The notes below the pieces were generated by a model. That model saw only the letters and a program-made list of their open reading frames with translations, made no database searches and was not told the DNA's origin. DNA of 64,000 nucleotides from Schizochytrium sp. TIO01 (Eukaryota > Protista > Bigyra: Labyrinthulomycetes): the NCBI GenBank assembly GCA_004764695.1, contig SMSO01000007.1:372001-436000 (forward strand). Direction: 5' to 3'. The position numbers and the translations under genes are program-made. Below, one piece after another: positions 38,223 through 51,073 of the stretch; positions within the stretch are counted from its first letter, which is position 1, and each line of letters opens with the position of its first letter.

Positions 38223-41200
38223 TCTCGTCTAGAGGTTGAACTCAGATGATTTGACTTTTCTAATTGAATACATGAACACATTTCTTTCTCTTGATCCAGT
38301 TTGCTTGTTTTGGGTCTATCATTGTGCCAAATGTTGCTTTAGAGGAACCAAAGCACCACCTTTCCTTTCATAAAACCTTTCTCGTGTTTACTTCACGAGT
38401 CATTCCTTGGTTAGTGCCAAAAAGCTCTAGTGATATATAATGAAGTGCATATTTTAAGCCCCGATCTTCCTTGCTTGTTTTTCATGAACCAATCAATAAT
38501 GGCGAAATATATTTTACCACAGCTAGGTTACTACATTTAAATGTTGATTTGATTGCCTTAATTTAGTGAGACGGTTTAGCATCTCTGTAATCTCAAAAAT
38601 ACACCTTATCACCCTCATCAGTCTGAGACTGCTTCTATCATTATATTTCCTTTAATGAAACTAACCTTAAAATCATTACTCATCACAATTAAATCACCGG
38701 ATATGCTTGATATCCACCCACTCTCTAGCCGATGAAGTTTGCGCCCAGTCAAGGTAATTGTCTTTGCCTTATCGCAAATTCGAGCCTTTCTTTATCAATT
38801 CTTACTTTTTAAAATAATTACTAAGAACCCATGATATTCCTTATGACGCTCTTCTCAGTTCCCGAAGAAAACATGCAACAAAATGGTGCACGTACTTTAA
38901 ATTTGGGGAGAATCATAACGTTATTTATTTTGTGCTCTTTAATTTTTAGATTTCGAATGTATCCTCAGCAAGCTAACTGGGAAACTACCGTTGACACGAT
39001 GCTTGCACGCAATATCTTACTAAGCCACGAACTCATGTAATGAAAGAATTGCAAAATTGCTTACAAAGACTGGTCATAATAGCTTTCAACGAGTGCGAAT
39101 GGCTTGAGGGTTTTACTTTTACTTGATGGTTTACCCCTAATGCGAAGGTTATGTGCACTCTCATAAACGAGGGTGGAGTCACCTCTATCCCAGGTTCCAA
39201 TCAACTTTAAGATTCTCCAAGATTCTCTGCATCCCTAATCTATAATCTTCAGGAGAGAGGAATAGGTTAGGGAAATAGTCTATGAATGAGCCCTGATGAA
39301 GAGTATCTCCAAAGCTAGTAGTAGAAGCCACATCCACCTATAAGGCTCGAAAGCATCGTATCCGCTATCTTTGCTTCTTTCATCTGTCGTCTCAGCAAAT
39401 GAAAGTAATAAAGATTACAACACCTAAATTTTCTATTGTTAGTTTTCCTCAGGGAAGCTCAACTCTTTAAATTCAGTTTACCGAAGCATGTATTCGGGGC
39501 ATAAAAGCAGCCAAAGTTTGAAGATCAGATAAGAAACAAGACTTATATATCGGTACTACTAATTAGCATCAACGTACCTTGCAAGCCCCCACTTAGGCAA
39601 AGCCTTCATGTCACTGTTTTGCTGCGGGCTTCGCATGCCAGAATATTAGATTTGATACCTAGCAAAAGCCACCAGAAAACGGCAATGATCAAGCTCTTAC
39701 GAAGAATCTTGCCATTTCTCGCCCTACAAATCAATGAAGCTTTTGAAATAGTGCTGCAAAGATGAATTCGTATTGGCATGGGTCCAGTTGGATACTGCTG
39801 AGAGATGAGTCTGGTCAGGTAGAGGTTCATCATGAAGATGAAAGCAAGATGCTGGTGGAAAACTTGCTAGACTTTGGCTTTAACAGTTAGCGACCTGTCG
39901 TCTCTAGAAATGAGTTCCAGGACAGACCGATTCATGCTACAATTAGAGGCCAATGACAGGCTAAATTTGTACTATTTATGATGAAACAGGTTATGTTGGT
40001 TTGTCTCTTCATCCATCTAATTAGATTTCACCACATCTGATTCTAACGAACATGTAAGTCCATTTTCCGATCATGGCTATCCTGAGTTCGCAACCACGTA
40101 TCTGGTTCTTTGTTTGATCCTACGTAAACCCTACATTGTAGAGACTTGTAGTTGGATGCATAGTCGATGCAAATCTCTTGTCCACTGGTTCCTTAGATTG
40201 AACATTATAGCCTTGACGTTGAAAAGCTTCAATTGAATAATACCTTCTACCTATCAAAGAAAGGCTTCAAACAATACATGATGACCTGTGCAAAGGTTTG
40301 CAGGCGACATAATCTATCGCTACGTATACTGAGGCTTGATTGGGATTTTCTACTTCTTTAACACAAAGATTGTTGTCTTCACTCTTCACAATAAAAAGAG
40401 ACTAAATAGATATGTCGAGAGAGATCATGAACGAATGGTTTAGAAATGTCTTTGCAGGTCCTTTCGTAAAGGGATTAAATATGTATATATTCGGGTTTTC
40501 TTATCGACGATGTTTAAGGTTGCTTTATTTATGTTCACATGGTAGATTCTACGATGTTGAAACCATGTTCGTGAGAGGCTTGCCTATATGTAAAAGTGAC
40601 GACACAACTGCGACCGGACTTAAATAGTGCTTTCTCCAAAACGTTCATTTTGATTCTTAAATGTAGGTACAAAGCAGTATCCATTTGAACTTGAAACCTG
40701 TGGCATGTTAACGCTAGCCGCGGCTTCCTTCCACGCAGATCCTCTGAGCAAAAGAATAATAGTTCAATTGTCCACTTCGTCATGAACAAGCTACCATATT
40801 TTCTGTTTGTTGTAATTGTTGTCGTAGGATACACTTTGGAGATAATCCATTATCTAGATCCAATACCAACTTAAATGGTAGAATTAGTTTAGAGAGATTT
40901 TAAGCATCAAATGCTCAGCACAAATCAGCATTATGATTTACAAATCAATTCTCCTCCTTCGTGGTTGCTCATGGCATGCGATTGAATGCAAATGCTATTT
41001 TCCTTCAGAGAGACACTGGAACATGTGGAGTAAACAGTGTTATGAGCATGTGGATTTATTCCTGTAGAGAACTGCACTGAGCATCAGACTATATTTGCAT
41101 TCAATTTTGAAAGTGAGGTCTTCTTCAAGTTTCAGGACTAATTTAATCTAACCGTATGTTCAAAAGGTGTACATTCTTTCTTTTTAAACTCTATCTCCTG

Positions 41201-41545
41201 TGGGCCTCCTGAAATCCTCACTTTCCTCCTTAGGCTGGTTTCACACCCCCTTTCTAGTTACGAAAATGGCATACAATCGAATATTCTTCGAGATGTTGTC
41301 AAGAATTACCCTGCATCAACTACAAGTAGAGGCGATGTAACGTGCGTTTTGGGGTATTTAAATGCAAAAGGCTGGAACCTTGCTAAGCTTTTAGAGCTTG
41401 CCTTTCATAGTTTACAAACTTTTTTGGGGAGCCTGCTACACGAATAAAAACGAAACTTGCCTGATGACGGAGGCATACATGCTCGCTCGCGCCTGACAAA
41501 AAGTTTAGTGCGGTCAAAGAGGAAAACTTGCAATTGTGCGGCTAA

Positions 41546-42292
41546 TCACACGAGTTGCAGCTTAATAGATGGGAATCCATATGATGGCTCCCCATCTTTC
41601 GTCTGCTTATCCACCCAGGCCATGCCCTGAGTCTGAAGAGCGTGTAGGGATCGCTTCGCGCGTTCCTTATCCCATGCTTGCGTGCGCTCAAGAAATGGAA
41701 TCGTAACGAAACCGTCATTTTCCTGTGCTGCGGCAAGCACTGATGTGTGATCTGAAGAAAGTTCCATGGGCACAGAAATGAGCATTTGCCGGTGTCCAAC
41801 CTTGACAGTGCGCAGACCGTTTCCAAGCGGCTCGAGCGAGGTAATCGCTCTTTGTACATCTTCCTCTGAAACCTGCTGTACCTCGCGATGCGATTTTTGA
41901 CGAATTTTGCGAAGGTACCTGAGCAAATCTTCGAGCTGCATAATTCCTCCATTAGCGTCTCTCGTTGCCAGGCATACATGAATAATTTGTACGCCAAGCT
42001 CGTAGAAGAAGCTTCCGACGCCAAGAACCTCCGCCCAGAAACCCTTGTTGCTTGCGAGCGGATCTACACCGACTTTGCTGCACATATTTTGAAACTTGTT
42101 GCGGAATTCTGGGTCCTTGTTGATTTGCTTTTTATGCTTCTCCGCAAAGGCCTCGAGCTTCGTCTTGAAGGCTGCCATCTGCGTCTGGAAGTGCTCAAGG
42201 TTAGCTGCATTAAGCTCTGCACCCTTCCCCTGGTAAACCTCGCGATCCTTGCGGGCCCGGACCGCTCGGGCCACACCAACGTTGCGGCGCAT
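41546..42292 (-). CDS. SNF8: ESCRT-II subunit Vps22/SNF8 (EAP30)
   Basis: 'MRRNVGV...FAEKHKKQINKDPEFRNKFQNMCSKVGVDPLASNKGFWAEVLGVGSFFYELGVQIIHVCLATRDANGG...SVPMELSSDH...GMAWVDKQ' are hallmark SNF8 motifs. ATG at 42292 (the track starts at GTG 42298). Confidence 0.97.
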   Translation of the reverse strand: MRRNVGVARAVRARKDREVYQGKGAELNAANLEHFQTQMAAFKTKLEAFAEKHKKQINKDPEFRNKFQNMCSKVGVDPLASNKGFWAEVLGVGSFFYELGVQIIHVCLATRDANGGIMQLEDLLRYLRKIRQKSHREVQQVSEEDVQRAITSLEPLGNGLRTVKVGHRQMLISVPMELSSDHTSVLAAAQENDGFVTIPFLERTQAWDKERAKRSLHALQTQGMAWVDKQTKDGEPSYGFPSIKLQLV

Positions 42293-45200
42293 GATCACTC
42301 GGCTTTCAGGAGGACTGTCTCTGACGAGATGGTTGTGAAGGAGTCGAGGAAATCCAGGATGTAGATATGTCGGGATATGCGTTGCCTTCGTTTGGATTTT
42401 GATCTTTTTTTAACCTTTTTTTTTTCCTTATTATTTTTTCGGATCATTACCTGTTGAGATGACGAACACTTGGAGAAGGCTATTAGGGAGCAGAATAACG
42501 AAGTTGAATGGTCAACAACTTGATGCAAGGTGTAAGAATGTAAACTTTAAAAAATGGGATGGCCTATCTCAATGATTTTTATTTCTTTATATATTGCATT
42601 GTAAATAATTGGCTTGCTACAATATAAAGTCGGTAGAAACTAAGTTGACTCTTTGCAGCACCTGGTTTTAAGTTGATTGTGACAATATATTGTGCTAATC
42701 AAGTAATGACCGCAAATGTTGAGTAATTTCTTCGTCTATAGGTTTCTTAGATCTGTCAGTAAACAGATCATATTGCTTGTGCAGGATGAATGATGAAAAA
42801 TATGAACTGAACATTTCCTTCAGCAGAACCCCACTTGGGGGATGAAGGTTCGATATACATATACCTACTTAATGTCTTTACGTTTAAATGCTGGTCCCAT
42901 GTTCTTAATCGACATAATGTGAACTCGAGAATGCTCTATAGCTATTTTCCCCTATACATGCCTAGCTTTTGACATATGAATATGATACAATATAAATATG
43001 TATAATATCATGATACATCTGCGCTGCTGGTGCCTATTCACTTGACATTTGCTAGATGCCACAATACTCCATATGTGTATGAGGATCTCTTCAAATTGAA
43101 AGTTTGGAGCAATACGAAGCTAATACGTTCGTGTCGAGAGCAAAGTTATTTTTGAGATCAACAACAAAGATAATTTTCGCAACACCGTTATCAGCATGTT
43201 ATGCTATTTCTTCTGCAGGTAATTTGTGTTGATCATCTGCGACGCCAGGGATTTAGACTTCACATTTGATCCTAAATTTGTTTTCCAAAAGCGCACTGCC
43301 AGGACTAAGTAGCAGATATATAGTTTTCGATTTCGAAAATAAGAGCGTCTCGCCAATGATTTTGTAATAGATCATTTTATGTACGCAAAGCTATCACTCA
43401 CAGAGCAGCTTAATCGTAGAAAGCGAAAATATGTAAGCAATCCATTTTAAGTACATATTTTTCATAGATGCATTACATTATAGAGCGTGAACTTGAATGT
43501 TGACCTGAGTAGCACTTGTGATGAACCATAGAGGTCATGGAGGTCATAGAGGTCACAGAGCTAGATTTTGGCCTGCATATCTTTGCATACATGTGATGTC
43601 TTCAAAGGCGAATTAGTAAAATGGACTAGATGCTTGCTCAATTTGCAATTCATCTCGGACTCAAACGTCAGCGAACAATCAAATCAGAAATCATCTTATG
43701 CAATAAGGATAATTCTTAAAGCATAATGGTTCGCTCCAATCTACACTGCACAACACTGGGCATTCTCCACAAAAATTCATAATATGCCCAAAAGTTGGAT
43801 TCTTCTTAGTAGATGATAGCCCGCATCCTCCGCCACCATTACATTTGGCTCTTCTCCAATTTTCATCGCATCTTCCATATTGTATATTGCAAGTTCACGA
43901 CTCTACTTCTTCAGGTTGCACGGTCTGTTCTTGACTTGCAGCGGTTTATCTCCAAATCGCACCCTAAACCTTTTCCAAATCTATGTTCCAAGTGTTCCCA
44001 GTCTTAGGGTTTGGGGTTTGATTTCTTTGTGACAAGTTTATGAGCTGCAAGAGCGACAGAGGGTTCTTGACACAAACACCAGATAATTTGAGCGGAGCTG
44101 TGATCAAGGATGGTCACTTCGTCAAAAATCGAGAGGTTGCTGAGCTGGAGCAACCGCCGTTACAGCTACCTGTTGTTGCCGCTGTGCCTCCACGACAGAT
44201 TTTGCGAAGGGCAGAAGCTCGCCTATGAAAATAGAATAACAATCTCTACTATCATGTCTTCCGAGAAATAGTAGCAGCTCTTGGCCTAGGTTGTACTCCA
44301 AGGATATTACTCCAGCGGAATGACATTTTGCTCGCAGTACCTTCTTATTCCAGAAGAGTAATGAGCAACGAGACGTGATGTAGCTCAAGCAAGACGAGTG
44401 GCTTGGAAAGTTAGCCTTATCCAAAGTCTATATGGGCCCTAGTAAGCAGACCATACCGGAAAGCGCACGCTTATGCGTGCGGTAGCACTACAGCACGGCA
44501 TCGATGCCAGCATTCATTAGATTCCGTTGCATAGGCCTTAGCCATGGGATAATGAAGTTGTTTCAACAACTCGGGCTACAATTCCGGACATTATTTGAGT
44601 CTAGGTAGCTAGTTCTTTACACACAATGTTGCAGTGGGACAAACTTGGAGTACTGCATTGTCAAGATGGTGCCAACCCCAGATCATGCTGGCACCTCATG
44701 ATTGTAATACAATCGAACACTCGGGAGTGGGGCAGCGACAGGATGAAGTCATGAACCATGGAAACGATTTGGAGGTTCATGGTCCGGTATTTCGGTATTT
44801 CTAAGGAACTGTCACTCCGCAACTCAGAAAGCAAGCGACCACTCGATAAAGTGATTATTTCACCTCCGATTACTGATTCCTTGCGGAAGAAGGAGAACTA
44901 AAAGTCGAGAAAGTACTTGTTCTGATTCTGTTCATTAGATTGCCGTGCTTACTATGATAGATTGCAATCCTGGGTACACTAAGCAGCGCACTTCACGCAC
45001 GATGCTGGCTCGAGGCTCGAACACACCCCGAGATTTATCCCTCTCTGAATCGCTACCCCATTGTGATTATTCCGGTTCTATCGTACACGAACTCCAGTCC
45101 TTTTTGCATATTCTGTCGCCCATTCATTACCATTCGTGAGGGAGCTTTCTGCATTATGCACTCTCATTAGTTCTGATTCGCAGGTCCTCAACTCATGTGA

Positions 45201-48200
45201 GGTCAGCATCAATTGATTTGCGAGTTTACAGCCATGTCAAGCTAAGTGTGTAAACAAAATAACTACATTATGCTCGCTTGGGTCCATTGATCAAATGCAT
45301 CAATCAATTAATCAATTAATCAATGAGTTAATTCTTTCCATTCACTCAATCGCTCACAGTGAAGCTCTCGAGGAGTTCCTGATCCTTCACCACGGCTACC
45401 CTGTTGTCCTATAGCTGTTACCTGTGCTCAGTTTTATAATTTGCATGGTAATCTTGTTGCAATGTTGAGACAAAAGAAAAAGGTAAGGAAATAAAAAATG
45501 CTGTGTTGCTCTGGAGTATGTACCTATTACTACTACGACACAGCTAGTGCCTACGTGTATCATAGCTAGTAGGTCATGGAACTTTAAATTATTTATTTAT
45601 TCATTTTGATTAAAAAAGAAACGAAAAAAGACAAAAAAGAGCATTTTCTAATACATAGATCCCCTGTTACAAGTATTAGCTTTTGTTAGTGTCACGCTGT
45701 GATGTTACTTTCGTGGCACTCTTAATCTCTTACTTATTTACTTTAGAAATAAACAATACTATTGGCAGCAGACACAGGTTGTTGATAGATAGATATATAG
45801 ATTAAGTAGCGAAGAAAGAGTTTGCACAGGCCTAGGACTAATAGGTAGTGAGAGTGGTTCTAGCCATTTCTTTTGCAGATTATTTTATCCTAGTATAGTC
45901 TCTCACTACGAGCAAAATTTTCCGCCTTATAAAAGCTTAGGTACATCGCACCTAAACTCATCATCGCTTTCCATGCTGGACAATGCGCATATTTTTTTTT
46001 CTTGAGTAGATAAAGACCCCCTCAGGATATTATGTTACTACTGTCCTTAGTCGATCTGCTGGTTTTCAGAATTAACTGCTTTTGCTTTTGTTGCAGAAAC
46101 ATAGTTAGATACCTGCCTGCTGGGCTGTATAAAGGTTTAAGAAAATGTGTTGGCGATTGAAATTCAATCGCCATGTTGTACTGCTTGCATTAATCAAAAC
46201 CAGAAGCAGATTTGAAGCCCATCACGAGATATGTTTTTTGTTAAGTCTAGCTTGCTTCGCTTACCTTTCAAGAAGCAAATTAAATTATTTATGTAAAATA
46301 GTTCGATGCCCGCTTACTCTTGTACGTACAAATGCTCTTCGTAACGATGAACCTGGTAGGATTTGCGCTAGGCATTTTTTTTTGTTTTCTTAGATTCCAA
46401 AATTTCATTGGACTCTGTTAGGCGTTGTGGCATAAGGTGCTTTTCTTGAACGTTTAGACCAGGCGTAAGCCAGAAAGTTTCGCGCTACTAATAGGATTCT
46501 CCCAGTCTTTATAGTCTACTGGGGCTGAATACTTTCAAAAAAAGAAAGTAGAGACAGGACCCCAAATTAGTCTCTAGATGCAATGTAATGTTTTCTATAT
46601 TACAACTCTGATATCGCCTGAGACCTTGAATAAAAAGTAAATAAAAATTTCAACGAATTGCCCGTCAATTATTATAAATGAATTTATGCAGAATCACACG
46701 CACCCTGAATTAGATTATATGACATTTTTTATCATATTTGCGCAGTATCAGATATGGTATGAAAAGTTTCATGATTCTTTTTGCATGACGTAAGAGACAA
46801 CCCAGGCAGCTTAGCAAGAGAATGCTGCACGCACGATTGGTATCGAGAACAAATGTGCATGATTTTATTGCGCGTCAGACCACCACATTCGGTGTTAGTG
46901 CCACAAAACCACGCCCTAAATAGTAAATCACACGGAAGTACAATGATAACTCCGTTCTGAAGGACGGTCGTTGTCGTCGAATACAGCGAATAATGGGAGC
47001 AGCTCTCTGAGTGAGATCGCGCTTCAAAACAGCAGATAACGAATGAAAGTAGTGCAATGAAGAGGTGAAGGGGACCAACACGCCTAAGGATTGTGCATGC
47101 AATGCCAAACTTGGGCATCACCAAAAGCATGACATATCATCAATTCAACTCCAAAACCTGTGGATAAGCAGGAGTTGGTTGCTCCACGTGGCCATGGAGG
47201 GCCTGAAGCGAGATTATTTACACGTATCGTATTATGCCGTTGGAGCTTTGTTCTTCTCTCCTGGTGGCTCGTGCTGTCCCTTCTCTTTCCTTTTATGCTA
47301 CATTTCAAGACGCTCTTGTTTTCGCATACAGGCGGCACATATTTCTAACTTTATGGACCTATTCTGCCAAAGCGACCAGAGAATATTCATTGCGCATCTC
47401 TAACCAACGGAAGCGAATGATGGTGTTTGGCAGCTTCGAGATCTTCTGTCGTGGAGTGAGGGTTCCACAGCACCGTTTCCGATCCTACTGTGGCGGCCGC
47501 TGCGACCTGAAGTCCTGCGATGCGCCGGCCTCCGGAGCTGATCACCGCTATGGGAGGGACTATGTGCGAGCTGTCGCCCTGCTCCTTGGCGCCATTATTG
47601 CTGATGAAATGGAAACTGCAAACGCGGGACCTCCGTCTGAAGAGAGCAGCGAGCAGGCAGCTTTGGGAGCAATCCATCACATCATTGCAATTTGTCCCGA
47701 AATGATATGATAGCATTTGCTTTTTAATTTTTGTAAAACTGATAATGATGATTGCGGTAGCAGACGCTACGCACCTATTACTAACATTAGATGCTGCTTA
47801 ACCGGATTAAAATAAAATAGGGAGGATTTTAAAGAAGACAAAATGCACACTCTCTTCGATGTAGCACTCCCTCACTCACAATCTATCTAGCTAGATAGAG
47901 TAGGCTGCCACCATCGCGATCTCATATAGCTCCCGAGTGTCTCACGAACAAGTATTGTCTCTCCCGTCCTTCGAAGTTTACCAGCCTTAGTCAAAACAAC
48001 TCTTGGCTTTGCTATGCGCAATCTCTTTTCAAAAATAAAATAAAAGAATAAAGAATTTCTGTCTTGTTTACCTTTTGCTAACTAACTTACAATCTCTTTA
48101 CTCAGTTAAGCATAAATGGTGACAAGCCTTTTTTTTTTTTCCTTTTTTTAAAATAAATTTTTAATGATTGTTTCATCATTACTTTTGTAATTTTACTATT

Positions 48201-49243
48201 ACAAGGTCAAGTCGCCGTAGTAAAAACACTTCTTGGATTAATGAAACGTTTTGAATCTTAAAACAGAGTTTTAAATAAAATAAAATAAAATATATTTTTA
48301 ATAAAATAAAATAAAATTAAATAAAACAAAAAGGCCCAATTGCGAAGTTTAGTTAACTTCTTCTTTTTTTTTGCTTTTTGCTCCCTATGTAACCAATAGG
48401 AACCTCTTAGCACATCAAACATTAACAAAACAGATTCTCTTGTGGCCAAATCACATTTTGGTTTCGTGCAATCAGGCAACCAACCAATCGACTCATCGCT
48501 CAATCAATCCTTCGAGCTCCCGTAAGCCATCAGGTTCGATGAAGGGCGCTCTTCGCCCTCGACCCGCAGCTCCACGAGCGCCTCCACTGTAGCTCCAAGC
48601 GCCAAGCTTCTTCAAGGCGAGGCGCACCTGAGAGCCTCGAGGCGTGTGCCTTTGTGCGCCATTTTGGCCAAATCACTCCTCCAAAGAGTTAGGAACCTCT
48701 CCAAAGGCGACCCAAAGCAGTGAAGGAATGGGCCTGAACGTTCAAGCTGACCTGGCAAACCCTGTCGGAGGCAGCCTTCGCACTAGAGCTAAGGTTTGCG
48801 CGCAGATTGCGGCAAAATTGCGATTGCGTGCATAAAAAGTCGAGTTAAATCAATCGATCCTCTCAGTTCACAGAAAATAATATTCGTGGGCAGCGAATGA
48901 ACACATTTGGAGAGAACGCGAAGATCGAGACGGAGCCGAGGAGGAGGCCATGAAGCTGGCACGCAGGTTTGCTTTCGGACGTTCGCCTGTCGCAATTTCG
49001 CTGATGCTTGGTGCTGATCCTGAGATGTATCTTTTTTATCTGCTCAGTGCTTCTGCTTCTTGAGATGGACACGTTTCCCAAAGTTGTTGGGACCTCTGTG
49101 CCTTTATAAGTGTATAAGTTTATTTATTTATATTTATGTATTTATTTAATTTAAAATTAAACATTTAATTAAAAAACAATTAAAAGCTTTCTACTATTTT
49201 TTCAGATTGGAACTACTTTCTTCTGTGATGATGCTTGTTATCG

Positions 49244-49279
49244 CTGTTACTGTTACTGTTACTGTTACTGTTACTGTTA
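49244..49279. repeat. (CTGTTA)6 hexanucleotide repeat
   Basis: Read directly from the sequence. Confidence 0.93.
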
Positions 49280-51017
49280 AAATTAACTACTATAAAATTT
49301 GCAGTAGTAATTGCGAAAATGAATGAATGAAAAAATAAATAAAAAATGAACGTGACGGCTCAAAAGAAGTCGAATCTACGCGCGACGCAGAAGTCTATAC
49401 TCATCGCCATCTGTCTCATTGATAGGAGCCGAGAGACAATTCTGAAGAAATCGTGTTGTGTCTACATTAAAATGAGGGATCGCAGTGCTGTTTTCGAATA
49501 CCTACCTACAGGTACCGGGTCTTGTCACCAATGAAATTTAGCCATTTCGCAATTGTGGAATAAATTTGAGAAACCAGATCTCACGACGCCGTCAAAGATT
49601 CGCGCAGAAAAGTTGGTTATACCGGTCAAACTACGCAGAGCAAATTGCTCACAGTCACAGATCTTGAGCTCGGGTCCTGGGGATGATATCAAGCATGAGT
49701 GCGTGCAACATCAAATTACAGGACGCAAATTACAGAATGCAAATTCTACGAGGTCCTTGGCGACAAGACAAGCTCGCAACTGAGGCCAGTTTTTCGAGCA
49801 TCCTGTCACCATCTCCGGACTATTGCAAAAGAGCATTCATTTTGTAACCTTCGAGCGCACCGCGTCTATTGCTCCTCATATCGTCAATCGATTCCAGCTG
49901 CACCAAGAGAGCGAATTATCAGCCCTCGCAAAGTCACGAACTAATTGCGTGCGCCACGAACTACACTAATCAAATTAATGCGCTACGAATTGCTTTCAAA
50001 CTGAAGGTCCGACAGCGATGAAATTGAGGCTTTTAGGCCAAGGAAGCTCCATTCATCGCATGGGATACGACGTCAAACGTCCTTCTCATTTTGCAAAGGG
50101 ACCTGCCCGCCTGTGACTTACGAACCAAGACGAAGAAGCGAGTCTACGATCTCAAGATCTTAGAGATCGCGATCTATGTCGCGTCCTGTCGTGCCGTGCC
50201 AGGCGCCAGGACCGCACCAGCTTCGGTGCGAGCCCGGGGCCAGCTTGAAGACCCCTCCAGACCGCCTCGAGGCTGGCCCGCTGGACCGTGAATTTGCTCC
50301 GGCCACGGAGCAGAATCGCGCGAGCCCGACATCGGCGGGTAGTACCAAGATTGCAGAGACCTCTCTCACTCTTTCAGTCTGATCGAAGAGAACTTCAAAC
50401 TTTAAAGCCTCTAAAACAATATAAAAATGATACTTTCCACCTTTTCATGTGCACAAAGATGTCATCAACACATATATATTTAATAGCAAAGATATATCAC
50501 CATATATCATCATTTTTGAGGCCAAGTTAATTAAAATACCCTTTTACTACACATACACATATATATATATACATAATATATAATTTTTTTAGTTAAAAAG
50601 AAGAAAAGCTTGAATAGCTAGTAGTAGCTAGCTAGTACCTACCTACGCAGGCCAGAGAAAAGGCTTCAGACACAGTGCCGCGCAGGCCTAGCCGAAGGTA
50701 AGTGGGTCTTATGTGGGAATAAAGTACAAGGCTGTACGAAAAGAGGGATTAAAATACAGGCTGCCCCATTCGAGATGATGATAGAAATCGTGGAAAGTCG
50801 GCTTTGCAGGCGCCACAGAGGTCTCAAGGGTGGAAAAGAGGTGTGCTGAAGAGTTGCATGGACGGGCGTTTCAGAAATATGGAACGGCCAGAGCGGAAGC
50901 GGGCGTCCTCCAAGTGGCGGAAGACGTACATACATAGGAGCGGTGAGTGCGATTTGGTTTCCGAAGATTCTTGCCTCCTCTTTTGGTTTTGGTTTTGGTT
51001 TTGCTTCTATTCTTTCT

Positions 51018-51073
51018 CTTGATTCCTTGATTTCTTGATTTCTTGATTTCTTGATTTCTTGATTTCTTGATTT
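51018..51073. repeat. (CTTGATTT)7 octanucleotide tandem repeat
   Basis: Seven units; the first is the variant cttgattc. Confidence 0.93.

Noticed and set aside
44005-44020. Telomere-like ttagggtttggggtttg (also near 2474 and 14191)
   Set aside because: Only 1-2 imperfect units; not an array.
44470-44487. Hairpin cgcacgc-ttat-gcgtgcg (similar one near 53764-53787)
   Set aside because: 7-bp stems are expected by chance; no ncRNA, tRNA or terminator context.
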